This document shows positions 26,671-37,205 of a stretch of 64,000 bases of DNA, in pieces. The stretch is taken from the IMG/VR virus record IMGVR_UViG_3300029288_000087. One strand, written 5' to 3'. Position 1 is the first letter of the stretch; each line of letters starts with the position of its first letter. Below the pieces are notes generated by a model. It ran no database searches. It saw nothing but the letters and a program-made list of their open reading frames with translations, and was not told the origin of the DNA. Source of the DNA: an uncultured virus (IMG/VR IMGVR_UViG_3300029288_000087) (Duplodnaviria > Heunggongvirae > Uroviricota > Caudoviricetes). The translations under genes and the position numbers were made by a program.

Positions 26671-27744
26671 ATGACCCCCGATCGTCTTGAGCTAGCCGTC
26701 CAGGTCATACGTCGTCTCAACCCCCATCCAGGCCGCTTCGCCTGCTACGTCCACCAGCGCAACCAGTACGTTCAGGTTCGCCGCGCCCCCACCGATCAAG
26801 AGGTGGTCGAGCACATACGCGGGCGTCGCCTGCTCGGAGCCGTGAGCGCAGACGACCAGGGGATGACGACAGCCGTGGGGCTGGATCTGGACGCACACGT
26901 GTCCGGTCAGCGCCCGTTGGCTGCGGCCAAGCGCTTCGTGCAAGCGTGTCAGGTGTTCGACATCCCGGTGCTCGTGCACACCAGCAAGAGCGCCAAGGGC
27001 TGCCACGTCCGCACGCTGTTCAACAAGGAGACGCCCAGCTGGATGGCGCGAGCGATGTACGTCGCCCTCGCCGTCTCGTCCGACCTGAACCAGGACAGCG
27101 CCTGCGACAAGGTATGGCCACCGTCACATGGCTATGGGGTGCTCGCTCTGCCGTACCAGGGGCGGTACGCGGTGCAGAACGGCGGCACCATCGCTCTGAA
27201 CCCGAACACGTGGCTCCCGTACCCGCAGGACGTGCAGCTCGACGTTGTGACCGAAGCCCGGGAGATGGACACCGACGACATCGAGGGGGTGCTGCGCACC
27301 TTCGGTATCAACACCGAACGGCAGGCGAAGCTGCTGGCAGGAGCGGCCTTGAGCGGCCCCACGGAGCCGTCGTGCCGCGATGGGACAGATGGCGGCGTGC
27401 AGGAGATGATCAACCACTGCGCCGCCGTGAAGCGGCTGGAGGAGGAGGCTGGGACCGTCCCGTACGTTTTCTGGTTCGGGATGATGACCAACTTCCGCCC
27501 CTTCGCAAACGGCAGGGAGCTGTTCGAGGCGTATTGTGAGCTTGACCCAAAGCGTCACGATCCAAGGGCGCTAGACCGGATGTGGAAGGCGATCACGGGG
27601 AGGCCTAGGATCTGCCTTCACCTTGACCCTCAGTGGACATGTCCGCTTCAGGGCAGGTGTCCCGCGAATGCCCCAGCCGGGTTGCCGTTCGCGGTCAAGA
27701 GAGCGCAGAAGAAGCGGGAGCAGGGCGACAAGAGCGAGGGGTAA
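26671..27744 (+). CDS. AEP-superfamily primase with C-terminal Cys-rich (PriL-like) domain
   Basis: LDLDAH, SKSAKGCHV and LALPY motifs; C-terminal C...C..C..C. Confidence 0.75.
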   Translation: MTPDRLELAVQVIRRLNPHPGRFACYVHQRNQYVQVRRAPTDQEVVEHIRGRRLLGAVSADDQGMTTAVGLDLDAHVSGQRPLAAAKRFVQACQVFDIPVLVHTSKSAKGCHVRTLFNKETPSWMARAMYVALAVSSDLNQDSACDKVWPPSHGYGVLALPYQGRYAVQNGGTIALNPNTWLPYPQDVQLDVVTEAREMDTDDIEGVLRTFGINTERQAKLLAGAALSGPTEPSCRDGTDGGVQEMINHCAAVKRLEEEAGTVPYVFWFGMMTNFRPFANGRELFEAYCELDPKRHDPRALDRMWKAITGRPRICLHLDPQWTCPLQGRCPANAPAGLPFAVKRAQKKREQGDKSEG

Positions 27745-27771
27745 TCATTCTCGGGAAGGGAGCAGGCAGAA

Positions 27772-28374
27772 ATGGCCAAAGGGAGACGTGTCAGCGCACA
27801 TAGCGACACAGGCGTAGGGCACAAATCGACACAGACGGCAGAAGGTGGCTCACAAGGTGCCGAAAGTGGTGCCAAACTGTTCGATGGTCAGGCACAGTTT
27901 GTCACTGATGACATTTCTGAGCCAACAAATGAGCCACCTGTGCCTATCCAGTCGGATTCTGGTGACAATGTTGGCCAATCTGAGCCAGAAGTGACAAATG
28001 GGCCAGAATCGACTGAGCCAGTGGCACGCAGGTACAAGGACTGGGTGTCGGGTCCTCTGATTTGCCCCAAATGCGGCCTGAACGAGCGCGCCTTCGGTAT
28101 GAGGTGGTGCCGGGCCTGTAGAGCTGCTTACATGCGCGCAAACAGGCCAAAATACTCGGAATTGTCCGAAGAAGAGCGCCGACGTAGTTGCTGTAGGTCA
28201 TATACACACACGTTGATCAAGAGGGGCCAGTTGCAGAGGGAACCGTGTATTCGCTGCGGGTCTCCGTACGCGCAAGCCCACCATCCTGACTACTCGGATC
28301 CAAGGAACATCGTTTGGATGTGCCGGGAATGTCACCTGCTTCTGCACGGAGTTTTGTTTGGAGGCCACCTATGA
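27772..28374 (+). CDS. HNH-like endonuclease with Zn ribbons
   Basis: CIRCG...AHHPDYSDPRNIVWMCRECHLLLH; lower GC. Confidence 0.75.
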   Translation: MAKGRRVSAHSDTGVGHKSTQTAEGGSQGAESGAKLFDGQAQFVTDDISEPTNEPPVPIQSDSGDNVGQSEPEVTNGPESTEPVARRYKDWVSGPLICPKCGLNERAFGMRWCRACRAAYMRANRPKYSELSEEERRRSCCRSYTHTLIKRGQLQREPCIRCGSPYAQAHHPDYSDPRNIVWMCRECHLLLHGVLFGGHL

Positions 28375-29795
28375 GCGCAGACGATGCTGAATTTCCGGAG
28401 CCGGTAGACGAATCGATCAAGGAAGCAGACGAGCCGTCTCGGCGCATGCCCGGCGACGACTCGGAGGAACCTGCTGCGTTTCCGAGCCCTCGCGAGAGCA
28501 AGCGCCCGCCGCCGATGCCAGCGTTCGTGCAGGGCGTGGATGACGAGGACCGCATGGACCCGCCCGCGACGTTCGTCCCCAACTCGGAGAAGATCCGGCA
28601 GATGGTCGAGGACAAGGCGAGCCCGGTGCGCGCGGGGGCCGACTACCCCATCGAGCGCAACTTCCCCAAGTGGAGGTCGGCCACAGACCTGAAGCGAGAG
28701 GCCAGCAAGCCCATCAACTGGCAGGTTTCCAATCTCTGGACCGAGCGGGCGAAGATTCTGCTGGCAGCAGAACAAAAGTCTGGAAAGACGTGGATCGTCT
28801 GCCATGCTGGAATATGCGTAGCAGCTGGTCGTCCGCTGTTCGGACACGACCGCTTCCGCATCCTGAAGGGAGGGCCCGTGGGCATCGTTGCGGGCGAGGA
28901 CGACCCGGGCGAGATCGGGCGGCGCATGGACCGGATGTGCCGCGCCATGGGGCTTCTGATGTCGGACTTGCCGATCCACTTCCTCGAAGGCCATGGGATG
29001 CGCCTGAACCGCCAGCGGGATCAGGAGATGATGAAGTCGGCGGTGCGGTCGCTCGGCCTGAAGCTCATCATCTACGACCCGTTGGCGAGGCTCATGGACG
29101 GTGACGAGAACAGCAAGGAAGTCGTCTCGGCGCTGCTCAACCCCGCCAGCCAGCTCGCTCTGGACGAGGACGTGTCCGTGATGGTGGTGCACCACTTGGG
29201 CAAGCAGAACAACGAGAACCCCCGCACATCCATCGCGCGCGTGCGCGGCAGCTCCGACATCACGTCGTGGTTCAGCTGCGGTCTGTTCCTGTCGGGGCAG
29301 ATGCGCGGCGGCAAGCTCGACGTGGAGGTTGTACAGCGCACGAGCGGCAACGTGCCCAACGAGTTCCCGGTCCATGTCCGCGAGGACCAGGACACGAGCG
29401 TGTACGGCCTGGGGACGATGCGGCTGGAGGCAGACCTGTCCGCGCACGAGCAGGACCAACATGGGCGCAATCAGGCGTTGATCGAGGAAGCTGCGCGTGA
29501 GATCCTCCTCCTGGTGCGAGGCAAGGCCGCTCACGGCGTGACGCTGTCCGAGATCCAGGTCCACCTGGGCTACGGGCGCGCGCTGACAAACGCGGCGGTG
29601 AAGAAGCTGGTGCGCGAGGAAGGCGCGATCGGGTTCGAGGACGCGGACGACATCCCGGAGAAGAAGGTGCTCATGCCGCGGATGCAGCGCAGGCCAGTTG
29701 CGGAGCGGCCCGCCCCGGATCCCAAGAAGGAACGGGACGACGATGATGACGACTTCGACCCGCCCGATGGGCAGGGCGAGTTGCCGATCAACTGA
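28371..29795 (+). CDS. AAA_25/RepA-like (SF4-related) replicative helicase
   Basis: Walker A AEQKSGKT, Walker B IIYDP, VVHHLGK and RGSS motifs. Confidence 0.85.
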   Translation: MSADDAEFPEPVDESIKEADEPSRRMPGDDSEEPAAFPSPRESKRPPPMPAFVQGVDDEDRMDPPATFVPNSEKIRQMVEDKASPVRAGADYPIERNFPKWRSATDLKREASKPINWQVSNLWTERAKILLAAEQKSGKTWIVCHAGICVAAGRPLFGHDRFRILKGGPVGIVAGEDDPGEIGRRMDRMCRAMGLLMSDLPIHFLEGHGMRLNRQRDQEMMKSAVRSLGLKLIIYDPLARLMDGDENSKEVVSALLNPASQLALDEDVSVMVVHHLGKQNNENPRTSIARVRGSSDITSWFSCGLFLSGQMRGGKLDVEVVQRTSGNVPNEFPVHVREDQDTSVYGLGTMRLEADLSAHEQDQHGRNQALIEEAAREILLLVRGKAAHGVTLSEIQVHLGYGRALTNAAVKKLVREEGAIGFEDADDIPEKKVLMPRMQRRPVAERPAPDPKKERDDDDDDFDPPDGQGELPIN

Positions 29796-29807
29796 GGGAG
29801 GGAAGCA

Positions 29808-30086
29808 ATGACGAAGCTGACAGACATCGAGGAACGCGTGTTGCCGGTCTCACTGGCCCAGCTGAACGGCAGGGTCACGATAGCGATCATTCTCGCTGAG
29901 CACGAGCCCAACCCGGAGAACCAGCGACTCGCGTGGGCATCGGTCTCAGCCATCGAGGAAGAGATCGCGCTTCACAAAGACGCGAGCGAGCAGGAGCGCA
30001 ACATCGGCAGGCGCGGCGCAATCGAGGCGGCGATCAAGGCCGAATTGTACGGTCGCGCGAAGCACCTGTCGGACACGATGGGGTGA
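29808..30086 (+). CDS. Hypothetical protein
   Basis: RBS GGAGG; in operon. Confidence 0.65.
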   Translation: MTKLTDIEERVLPVSLAQLNGRVTIAIILAEHEPNPENQRLAWASVSAIEEEIALHKDASEQERNIGRRGAIEAAIKAELYGRAKHLSDTMG

Positions 30087-30128
30087 AAAATGTCCTGGCA
30101 CTCCCCATCGAAGAAAGGCGGAAGGAAG

Positions 30129-30374
30129 ATGGCAGACAAGCCGAAGCTCGACACGCGAGAAGCTCGACAGCTCACAAGCCGGGAGTGCTGCAAGATTCTG
30201 GGCGGCACGATCGGTGTCCTGGCGCAGATGGCGAGCCTTGAAGACGTGCGTACAGCGGTCCGGTGGTGGGCGGAGACAGAAGAGGTCTGGACTGCGTACG
30301 CGCTCGGAGCGCCCGCGGTCGATGCAGCAACTCAGGACGCCATCGCGAAGGTCCGAGGTTCCGGAGACAGCTGA
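30129..30374 (+). CDS. Hypothetical protein
   Basis: MADKPKL...; purine-rich RBS. Confidence 0.6.
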   Translation: MADKPKLDTREARQLTSRECCKILGGTIGVLAQMASLEDVRTAVRWWAETEEVWTAYALGAPAVDAATQDAIAKVRGSGDS

Positions 30375-30514
30375 TGACCCTGGAGTTCGCCAAGTTCGAG
30401 TTCAAGCTCCAGGACTTCTGGGTCGGCGTGTTCTGGAAGCGACGCGGCGAGTGGCTGGACGTGTGGATCTGTTTTCTCCCCTGCCTACCGCTTCACCTCG
30501 TCCTTCGCGTATAA
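30374..30514 (+). CDS. Small Trp-rich hydrophobic protein
   Basis: TGATG coupling; DFWVGVFW. Confidence 0.55.
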   Translation: MTLEFAKFEFKLQDFWVGVFWKRRGEWLDVWICFLPCLPLHLVLRV

Positions 30515-30521
30515 TCTCCGC

Positions 30522-30848
30522 ATGTTCATCGTCCAGCGCGACCCCTACCCTACTCGCCCGCTCTTCCACCATGCTGCGACCAGGGAGCCCGTGTTCGCCC
30601 CGAACCCGTGGTATCACCCCGGGTTGCATGGGCTCGGGCTCATGATCGTCCAGGACGACGCAGGCCGCACCACGGGCATCATCAGGAAGTTCGAGAGCCC
30701 ATACCACGCGTACCGGCACTACAACCCGGGCTTCCATGGGCTGGGCGAGATGGACACGAGCACCAAGATGCTCATCGGGTGCGGGGTCGCGCTTTGTACC
30801 TTGATTTTCGGCCTCGCTGTCATGGAAGGCGCGTACGGCAAGCGGTAG
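30522..30848 (+). CDS. GLG-motif membrane protein
   Basis: PGLHGLG and PGFHGLG plus C-terminal TM; TATAAT 6 nt upstream. Confidence 0.75.
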   Translation: MFIVQRDPYPTRPLFHHAATREPVFAPNPWYHPGLHGLGLMIVQDDAGRTTGIIRKFESPYHAYRHYNPGFHGLGEMDTSTKMLIGCGVALCTLIFGLAVMEGAYGKR

Positions 30849-30886
30849 CCCGTTGACACCCGATTTCAAGATCGTATCATCTCGCA

Positions 30887-31201
30887 ATGAACTCAATCGA
30901 CCGTGGCGTGCCCTGGAAAGTTGGAGAAGGACAGGCCGTCTATTACGGCTGCATGCCAGCCTATCCGCTGGAGCCCGGTATCGGCCCGTGGCCTTCTGAT
31001 GGCGATCCCGGCCCGGTCCCGCTTCCGATCAAACCGCTGAGCCCTGATGAGTTTGCCAAGATGATGGCTGCGCTCACGCCCATCCTTGACGAGTTCGCCA
31101 TCATGCGCGCGCTCGACAAGCTCGACGACGCAGCCAAGCGACGAGTGCAAGCGTGGCTCAACGCCCGTTGCGACATGACCCCGAGTGCGGTGCCACGATA
31201 G
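30887..31201 (+). CDS. Hypothetical protein
   Basis: TTGACA-16-TATCAT-6-ATG. Confidence 0.65.
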   Translation: MNSIDRGVPWKVGEGQAVYYGCMPAYPLEPGIGPWPSDGDPGPVPLPIKPLSPDEFAKMMAALTPILDEFAIMRALDKLDDAAKRRVQAWLNARCDMTPSAVPR

Positions 31202-31242
31202 GCCTTGCAACGTATCGCCGTTTCGCAGTACCCTTCCCAACC

Positions 31243-31920
31243 ATGGCCGACGAAGAACCCGCTACTTCCGTGCGAAGTGTACTCGATGCCCTGCTCACCC
31301 ATCTCCGGTTGGCGCGTGACAACAGAATACGGACTCACAAAGCGAAGCTCATGGAGGAGTTCGGAACGGCGCGCAAGCTGCTGAAGGACGCGTACAGGGA
31401 CTACGACCCGCAGGACGTTCCAATCGACATGAACCGGGTGATTCGCGATCTGGAGATCGACCGGGACTCCACGCTCGATGAGGACTGCGAGCAGATCGAG
31501 TCTGAGTACCGGGTCGCCATCGCGATCCTGGGCGAGGTCGCGGACAAGCATCCGGACATCTACCAGCGCGCGGTCGAGAAGGCGTCGGCGAGCCCGCGGT
31601 CCTGGAGACATCCCGCGCGCCCGGTGCAGGTGAGGCGCACCCCGGTCAACGGGATGCCCCTTTCGATTGTGATGCACCTGACCGCCGTTGAGCAGGCGAA
31701 GATCATCCGGGGCCTCATGGAGAACCGCGAGGGGCTGTACCTCCCCAAGCTCTGCGCGCTCACGTCCGACAAGAAGAGCCCGTTCAAGAAGAAGGCCGTG
31801 CGGCAGTTCATGGGGTTTTTGCGAGGGTCCGGGCACGTCAAGGTCGTCGGCACCGGGCGAGCCGCGCGCTACGTGGGGGCCGCGTCCCTCAAGCAGTACA
31901 AGAAACTGTCGCAGCAGTAG
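31243..31920 (+). CDS. Hypothetical protein with possible C-terminal winged helix
   Basis: SGHVKVVGTGRAARY wing-like end. Confidence 0.65.
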   Translation: MADEEPATSVRSVLDALLTHLRLARDNRIRTHKAKLMEEFGTARKLLKDAYRDYDPQDVPIDMNRVIRDLEIDRDSTLDEDCEQIESEYRVAIAILGEVADKHPDIYQRAVEKASASPRSWRHPARPVQVRRTPVNGMPLSIVMHLTAVEQAKIIRGLMENREGLYLPKLCALTSDKKSPFKKKAVRQFMGFLRGSGHVKVVGTGRAARYVGAASLKQYKKLSQQ

Positions 31921-31923
31921 ACC

Positions 31924-33102
31924 ATGGCCATCAGCCTGCGGCTCTACCAGAGGGAGGCGGTGCTCGGCACGCGTGTCCAGTGGCGCGCGGGTAGCATCCA
32001 CACCCTCATCGCCTTGCCAGTTGCAACTGGGAAAACATGGATATTCTGCTTTATGATCCACGCGATTCGCGCGAACGGGCTGCGCTGCCTCGTTCTGGTG
32101 AATCGTGACGAACTCGTCGAGCAGACGGTTCAGAAGCTCGCGCGCATCGGGATCCGTCCTGGGATCGTCAAGGCAGACCGCAACGAGTGGTCACGCGACG
32201 TTGTGGTGGCTTCCGTGCAGACGCTCTGGAGCAAGCGCAGGCTCTACATCATCCCGCCGAACCGCTTCTCGCTCGTCGTTGTGGATGAGTGTCATTACGC
32301 GAACTCCCCCGGCTATCAGCGCGTCCTTCAATACTTCGGCGAGGCCTACCACCTGGGGTGCACGGCGACGCCCTTCCGCGGCGATCACAAATCCCTGGCC
32401 GACGCGGGCTGGCAGAGCGTCGCCTACGTCTACCCGTGGCACAAAGCGGTCGAGGACGGCTGGCTGGCCCCGCTGCGCGTCGAGCGGCTCCAGACGACAA
32501 CGACCCTGGTTGGCGTGTCCTCGAAGTCCGACGCGATGACCGGACAGACGGACTTTACGGCGAGTCGCCTTTCCTCGCGCATCAACACGCCGACTCGGAA
32601 CGACGCTATCGTGCAGGCATGGATCGATAGGATTTCCCCGCGCCGCACGCTTGGGTTCTGCGCAACGGTCGAGCACACCGTGTCGCTCGCGAACGCCTTT
32701 CGTCGCAGGGGTATCGAAGCGCACGCGATCTACGGCGAGATGGGGCCGCGCGAACGCCGCGTGCTCATCGATGGGCACAAGCGGGGCCGCTTCCTCGTGC
32801 TGATAAACTGCCAAGTTCTCACGCACGGCTACGACGACCCGGGTATTCAGGCGATCATCATGGCGAAGCCGACGCAGAGCAAGGTGCTCTACATCCAGTG
32901 CGTCGGGCGCGGTCTGCGACCCGACCGAGACCACGGCAAGCAGGACTGCGTTCTTCTCGACGTTGTGGACATCTCCGATGAGCACTCGATGGCGATCAAC
33001 GCAGAGGTGGCGGGGCTGCTCGGGGAGTTCGGCCAAGATCGCGCGATTGCCGATGGCGCGGTTCCGGAGCTGAAGGGGCCGGAAAGTTGTGAGGAAACTT
33101 GA
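31924..33102 (+). CDS. Superfamily 2 DExH helicase
   Basis: LRLYQ, ATGKT, DECH, TATP and QCVGRGLR motifs. Confidence 0.92.
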   Translation: MAISLRLYQREAVLGTRVQWRAGSIHTLIALPVATGKTWIFCFMIHAIRANGLRCLVLVNRDELVEQTVQKLARIGIRPGIVKADRNEWSRDVVVASVQTLWSKRRLYIIPPNRFSLVVVDECHYANSPGYQRVLQYFGEAYHLGCTATPFRGDHKSLADAGWQSVAYVYPWHKAVEDGWLAPLRVERLQTTTTLVGVSSKSDAMTGQTDFTASRLSSRINTPTRNDAIVQAWIDRISPRRTLGFCATVEHTVSLANAFRRRGIEAHAIYGEMGPRERRVLIDGHKRGRFLVLINCQVLTHGYDDPGIQAIIMAKPTQSKVLYIQCVGRGLRPDRDHGKQDCVLLDVVDISDEHSMAINAEVAGLLGEFGQDRAIADGAVPELKGPESCEET

Positions 33103-33122
33103 TCATCATGTAGGATACCGCC

Positions 33123-34994
33123 ATGGGTAACGGCATCTACTCACCTAGGTATTTTGCTCTTCCTGACATCATCGGGCTCGCGACCCACCTGGAGGACGAT
33201 CCAGCGGTCAGCGGGGACCGCGGCGTTTTCGCCCTGGCGGTGCGAAACGACCTTGCCGCGACAATTCTCACAAGCGCGAACGGCGACTACAGCGGGATTG
33301 CCGTAGACGACCGGGGGCGGCTTTTCACGCTCAGTGGTCCGTCCCCGGCGGGGACGTGGCAGACGCTGCGTGTCTTCGCCGCGACCATCGCTGACGTTGC
33401 GACGCCTGCGGTGATTCAGGTGCTTGGCCCTGGCGCTGTCAACTTGGCCGGTCTCGTCTACCCCGTGAACGCTCTCATCGGCTTGACCGTCACGATCAAC
33501 GGGCAGACGTGCACGTTCATCGCGGCTGACGTTGTCAGCCAAGCGGCAATCCTCAACGCGCTCAACGTCGGCATGCCCGACATAACGTGGACGGACCCTG
33601 GGAACTTCCTGCTCGCCACGAAGGACACGCCCGGCAACATCGTTCTCAGCGGCACTGCGCTGGTGATCCTCGGGCTCAATCTGCTGCCAGCTACGACGGG
33701 TCCGTGGGTGGCGTTCCCGGTCAGCTCTCCGATGATCGAGATCGGATACCCTCCTGGCTTCAGCGTGGCGAACGCTCCGCAGGAAGTCATCCTTCGGGTG
33801 TGGCGGCTGAGCGGGGCCACGGGGGGTGTTGCGGACATCTGCGGAGAGATGCGGATGAACGCGACGGACATCAACTCGCAGGAGTCGCGCCGGTTCAGCT
33901 TCGACGGGACACACGCCTACGCGACTGTGGAGTTCGTGGGGGGCACAGCTCCGACGATCACTGGCACGCTCGACATCCGTCCGGTGTTCGATGGCGACCA
34001 AGCAATCGAGGCCCCGACGTTCCACGCGGTTGGCCCGAGCATTCTCGCCCACGACTTCTGGGACAACGCCCCGACGCAGGCCGTCTACAACTACTCGACC
34101 CTCAAGGGTGACGGCACGGCGGTTCGGCTGGCGAACACCACGATCACGTTCACCATCACGCCCGGCCTGACGGCTCCGATTTCGTCGCAGCTTTGCCGGG
34201 TGCGCGTGTTCATTGATGCGACCACCAAGCCGCTTGTGTGGGAGCAGGGGCGCAACGCGATCCTGAGCATCGCGGCGGGAGTCATCACGGTCAACGCGCT
34301 CGACGGCACTGTCATCACTGTGCCCGTTGCAGCAACGCTCGTGGAGGTGATGTGGAGCGGGCCGGAGAAGGGCGTAGCGTTGGAAGACAGCGCGCACGTA
34401 TCCGGCGAGTACATCACCAAGGGCGGGCGTGTGCGGCGGGACGTGCCCGTGAACAGCGCGGGATCGGATGGCGAATGGTGCGCGCCGGGCACTGACGCAG
34501 ACGGATACGACTACACGCGCGACAAGGCGTATGACGCGGCTGGCAACGACAACCGCGTTGCGGAGATCGCGCCTTTGTGGTCGAAAAATGTACTGACTCC
34601 CATCAACGTGATTGCGGCGGCGCAGAACATCGCTGTGGCGTGGGCAGACCTCGGCCCTGAGATCGGTTGCCAGGGGTACAAGACGTTCTGTCTCCAGGTG
34701 GACGTGGACATCAACACCTGCGTCAACGTGAGGTTCCGTGCACTTGCCCTCACGTCGGCTGGTGGCGCGAAGGAGTTTGCGCTGCCGTGCAAGGTCGTGG
34801 ATTCGACAGCAGCAGCGTGGCTCGTGAAGGTGCAGCCGCACGTCTACGAGCTTGACCTGGACGTAGACCAGAAGCAACTCCTGGACTGGGTGACGGACAA
34901 CGCGATATCGACCATTCAGTTTCAGGTTAGTTGTGAGTCCATGCCCGGGGCTGCGGGCCAAGTCCTCACGGCTGAACTCACCTACGGGTACTAG
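33123..34994 (+). CDS. Beta-rich putative virion (spike/vertex) protein
   Basis: 623 aa, T/V/G/A-rich; first gene of the structural block. Confidence 0.6.
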   Translation: MGNGIYSPRYFALPDIIGLATHLEDDPAVSGDRGVFALAVRNDLAATILTSANGDYSGIAVDDRGRLFTLSGPSPAGTWQTLRVFAATIADVATPAVIQVLGPGAVNLAGLVYPVNALIGLTVTINGQTCTFIAADVVSQAAILNALNVGMPDITWTDPGNFLLATKDTPGNIVLSGTALVILGLNLLPATTGPWVAFPVSSPMIEIGYPPGFSVANAPQEVILRVWRLSGATGGVADICGEMRMNATDINSQESRRFSFDGTHAYATVEFVGGTAPTITGTLDIRPVFDGDQAIEAPTFHAVGPSILAHDFWDNAPTQAVYNYSTLKGDGTAVRLANTTITFTITPGLTAPISSQLCRVRVFIDATTKPLVWEQGRNAILSIAAGVITVNALDGTVITVPVAATLVEVMWSGPEKGVALEDSAHVSGEYITKGGRVRRDVPVNSAGSDGEWCAPGTDADGYDYTRDKAYDAAGNDNRVAEIAPLWSKNVLTPINVIAAAQNIAVAWADLGPEIGCQGYKTFCLQVDVDINTCVNVRFRALALTSAGGAKEFALPCKVVDSTAAAWLVKVQPHVYELDLDVDQKQLLDWVTDNAISTIQFQVSCESMPGAAGQVLTAELTYGY

Positions 34995-35003
34995 GAGATC
35001 GTC

Positions 35004-35525
35004 ATGGCTATCGGTGCGACGGGCTTCCGCTCTGGCATCAACGACACGATCATTCTTTCCGCCAACCTCAAGACGCTGGTGGGGGCGCTCGGCACCATCT
35101 ACGTGCCTGTGTTCCGCATCACCGGGGTGCTGCGCATCCTGCGGTTGTGGGGCATCGTGAGCACACAGATCGGCGCGAATCACACAGCCGCCAGCTTCCG
35201 CTTGAACGACGCGGGAGGTGCCCCCAAGCAGATTTCGTTGTTGGCTGGGCCGGACCTCAGCGGGAAGGTCGCCGGGACGTGCATCAATCGCAAGGGGCTT
35301 GTCACCCTGGCACTGGCCGTATGCGACGCTGCGGCGTGCGGCTTCACCGACCCGGTATACGAAGGCAGCACGGCTGACACCGAGTTCATCGTGCAGCAGA
35401 AGTTCGGCGTGAACACGGACATCGAGTACGTCTACACCACGACGGACAACCCGACGACCGGGGCCATCCAGTTCTACTGCGAGTACCAGCCCAGGAACGT
35501 AGACGGCTCTATTGCGGTTATCTGA
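35004..35525 (+). CDS. Putative small beta-sandwich virion protein
   Basis: Beta-rich; RBS AGGAG. Confidence 0.55.
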   Translation: MAIGATGFRSGINDTIILSANLKTLVGALGTIYVPVFRITGVLRILRLWGIVSTQIGANHTAASFRLNDAGGAPKQISLLAGPDLSGKVAGTCINRKGLVTLALAVCDAAACGFTDPVYEGSTADTEFIVQQKFGVNTDIEYVYTTTDNPTTGAIQFYCEYQPRNVDGSIAVI

Positions 35526-35533
35526 GGTGAATC

Positions 35534-35878
35534 ATGGCGAAGACGATTGCAGAGTTGGCCCCGACGCTGGTTGCAGGCGGGCTGAGCGAGACCGAGATCA
35601 AGGACGCTGCGCACGCAGAGCCGGTGGTGAAGCCGCCTGCGCAGGATGCGCCCATTCAGCCGAAGCGATACCGGGAGGCGATGGCGCTGCTGCTTGCGGA
35701 GCCGGGCATCAGCGATGCGGACGTGGTGAAGCGCGTTGCATCAATGCGGCTCGACGTGGTGGCGAAGCTGCGCGGCGAGGTGGCGGCGGTGAAGGCAGAC
35801 AAGACAGCCGTCGTCACGCCGGTCGAGGAAGCGAAGCCGCTGGAGCCGGTTGAGGGCGACCCCAAGGTGATCGGATGA
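35534..35878 (+). CDS. Hypothetical protein
   Basis: RBS GAGGT. Confidence 0.7.
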   Translation: MAKTIAELAPTLVAGGLSETEIKDAAHAEPVVKPPAQDAPIQPKRYREAMALLLAEPGISDADVVKRVASMRLDVVAKLRGEVAAVKADKTAVVTPVEEAKPLEPVEGDPKVIG

Positions 35879-36543
35879 GCATCCAGCCCGTACACGTCGC
35901 TGGGGATGGACTGGTCTGGTCCTGCGAGTTCTACAACTCGCTGTGCGTCTCGGACCAGGGAGGCGTGGTCATAGCTGGTGCGCCGGTCATCAACAAGGGC
36001 GTGACGGCGAGCGGGGACAACACGGACCTGATCCGGTTCAGCGGCAACGCTACGAACCTGCTCATCGGCGCGACGCGGGCGACGTGGCGCGTGAAGTTCC
36101 GCACGGGGGCGAACGTCTTCAATGACAACATGCCGCTGACTCGCTACACAGCAGCGGGCAATGGTTCGTTCTGGTTTGGTTCGTATGGGGCAGGCGTTTT
36201 GGATGGTCGTCTCGCCAATCCCGCAGGAGCAGATCGTATTCATCGTTACACGGGCATCTTGGCGAACTCGGAGTACGATTTCACCTTCACGTACAGTGGA
36301 CCTGGGGCACGCTTTCTTGCGTACCTCAACGGTGCTCCGGTCGCGTTTCCTTCTGCTTCTGGAGCCTTCCCCGCGTCATTGAACATCTACAACGGCCCGC
36401 TGGAAGTGTTCGGGCTGGCCGGGGTGAAGTACGCGCGCACTGGCTTCAAGCTCTACGCTGCCTACGTGTTCGATTTCGAGATGGACGCTGCCGCAGTTGC
36501 GGACTGGTACGCGAAGACCACGAACCGGGAGATCACGCCGTGA
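35875..36543 (+). CDS. LamG/concanavalin-like domain protein
   Basis: FTFTY...AYLNG...AYVFD pattern. Confidence 0.6.
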   Translation: MSIQPVHVAGDGLVWSCEFYNSLCVSDQGGVVIAGAPVINKGVTASGDNTDLIRFSGNATNLLIGATRATWRVKFRTGANVFNDNMPLTRYTAAGNGSFWFGSYGAGVLDGRLANPAGADRIHRYTGILANSEYDFTFTYSGPGARFLAYLNGAPVAFPSASGAFPASLNIYNGPLEVFGLAGVKYARTGFKLYAAYVFDFEMDAAAVADWYAKTTNREITP

Positions 36544-37205
36544 GCCGCCCCCTCATCTGGTTGCCGCTGCAAGTAGCGTACGTCGATGCGGGGCTCATGG
36601 TCACGCCCAACCTGGGCTCGGCCAGTAGCACGGTTCTCGTTGGTGACGGAACGACGGCTGCGAGGATGCCCGCGTTGGTCAGCCCCAGCGTCAACCTGCG
36701 CCACGGGATGACATGCCCGACGAATTTGCGTTATCTGCGCGGGACTATTCCAGCGCTCGGAAGTGACGGCACGCTGGTTTGCCAATGGATATTTCCAGAC
36801 ACGCAGGCCGCAGCATCAGCTTCCATCATGCAGATAGGTACGGGAGTTATCGGTGCCGGGGAGGTGCTTCTCTACGTTGTGTATGGCACCAAAACCCTCT
36901 ATGGCTTTTGGGGCGGGGTGGCTGGCCCAGTGACAGCAGCGGTCTTCATGGCTGGACTGCACACTCTAATGCTTTCGTCGGCTGCCGGTCTCGCTTCTCT
37001 GTACTGGGACGGTCGGTTGGTTGCTGGTCCAGGCGCTATTGCCGCTCCTGTTACGGCTACGGACTGGTGCGCCATGGGAGACCCCGTGGTCGCATACGAT
37101 ACGACGGCTGGCATCATGGCGCACGCTTCCGTCTGGCCCTTCGGCTTCACGGGCCAGCAGGCGAGCATCATGCACCAACGGTTGACGAAAGACCTCTCAT
37201 GCTAG
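36540..37205 (+). CDS. LamG/concanavalin-like domain protein
   Basis: HTLML...SLYWDGRLV pattern. Confidence 0.55.
   Translation: MSRPLIWLPLQVAYVDAGLMVTPNLGSASSTVLVGDGTTAARMPALVSPSVNLRHGMTCPTNLRYLRGTIPALGSDGTLVCQWIFPDTQAAASASIMQIGTGVIGAGEVLLYVVYGTKTLYGFWGGVAGPVTAAVFMAGLHTLMLSSAAGLASLYWDGRLVAGPGAIAAPVTATDWCAMGDPVVAYDTTAGIMAHASVWPFGFTGQQASIMHQRLTKDLSC

Noticed and set aside
33141..35183. Long opposite-strand ORFs (e.g. 33141..35183, 50407..52437, 19041..20669, 1969..3135)
   Set aside because: Shadow ORFs of high-GC genes; R/H/V-rich composition, no start signals, fully overlapping better-supported genes.
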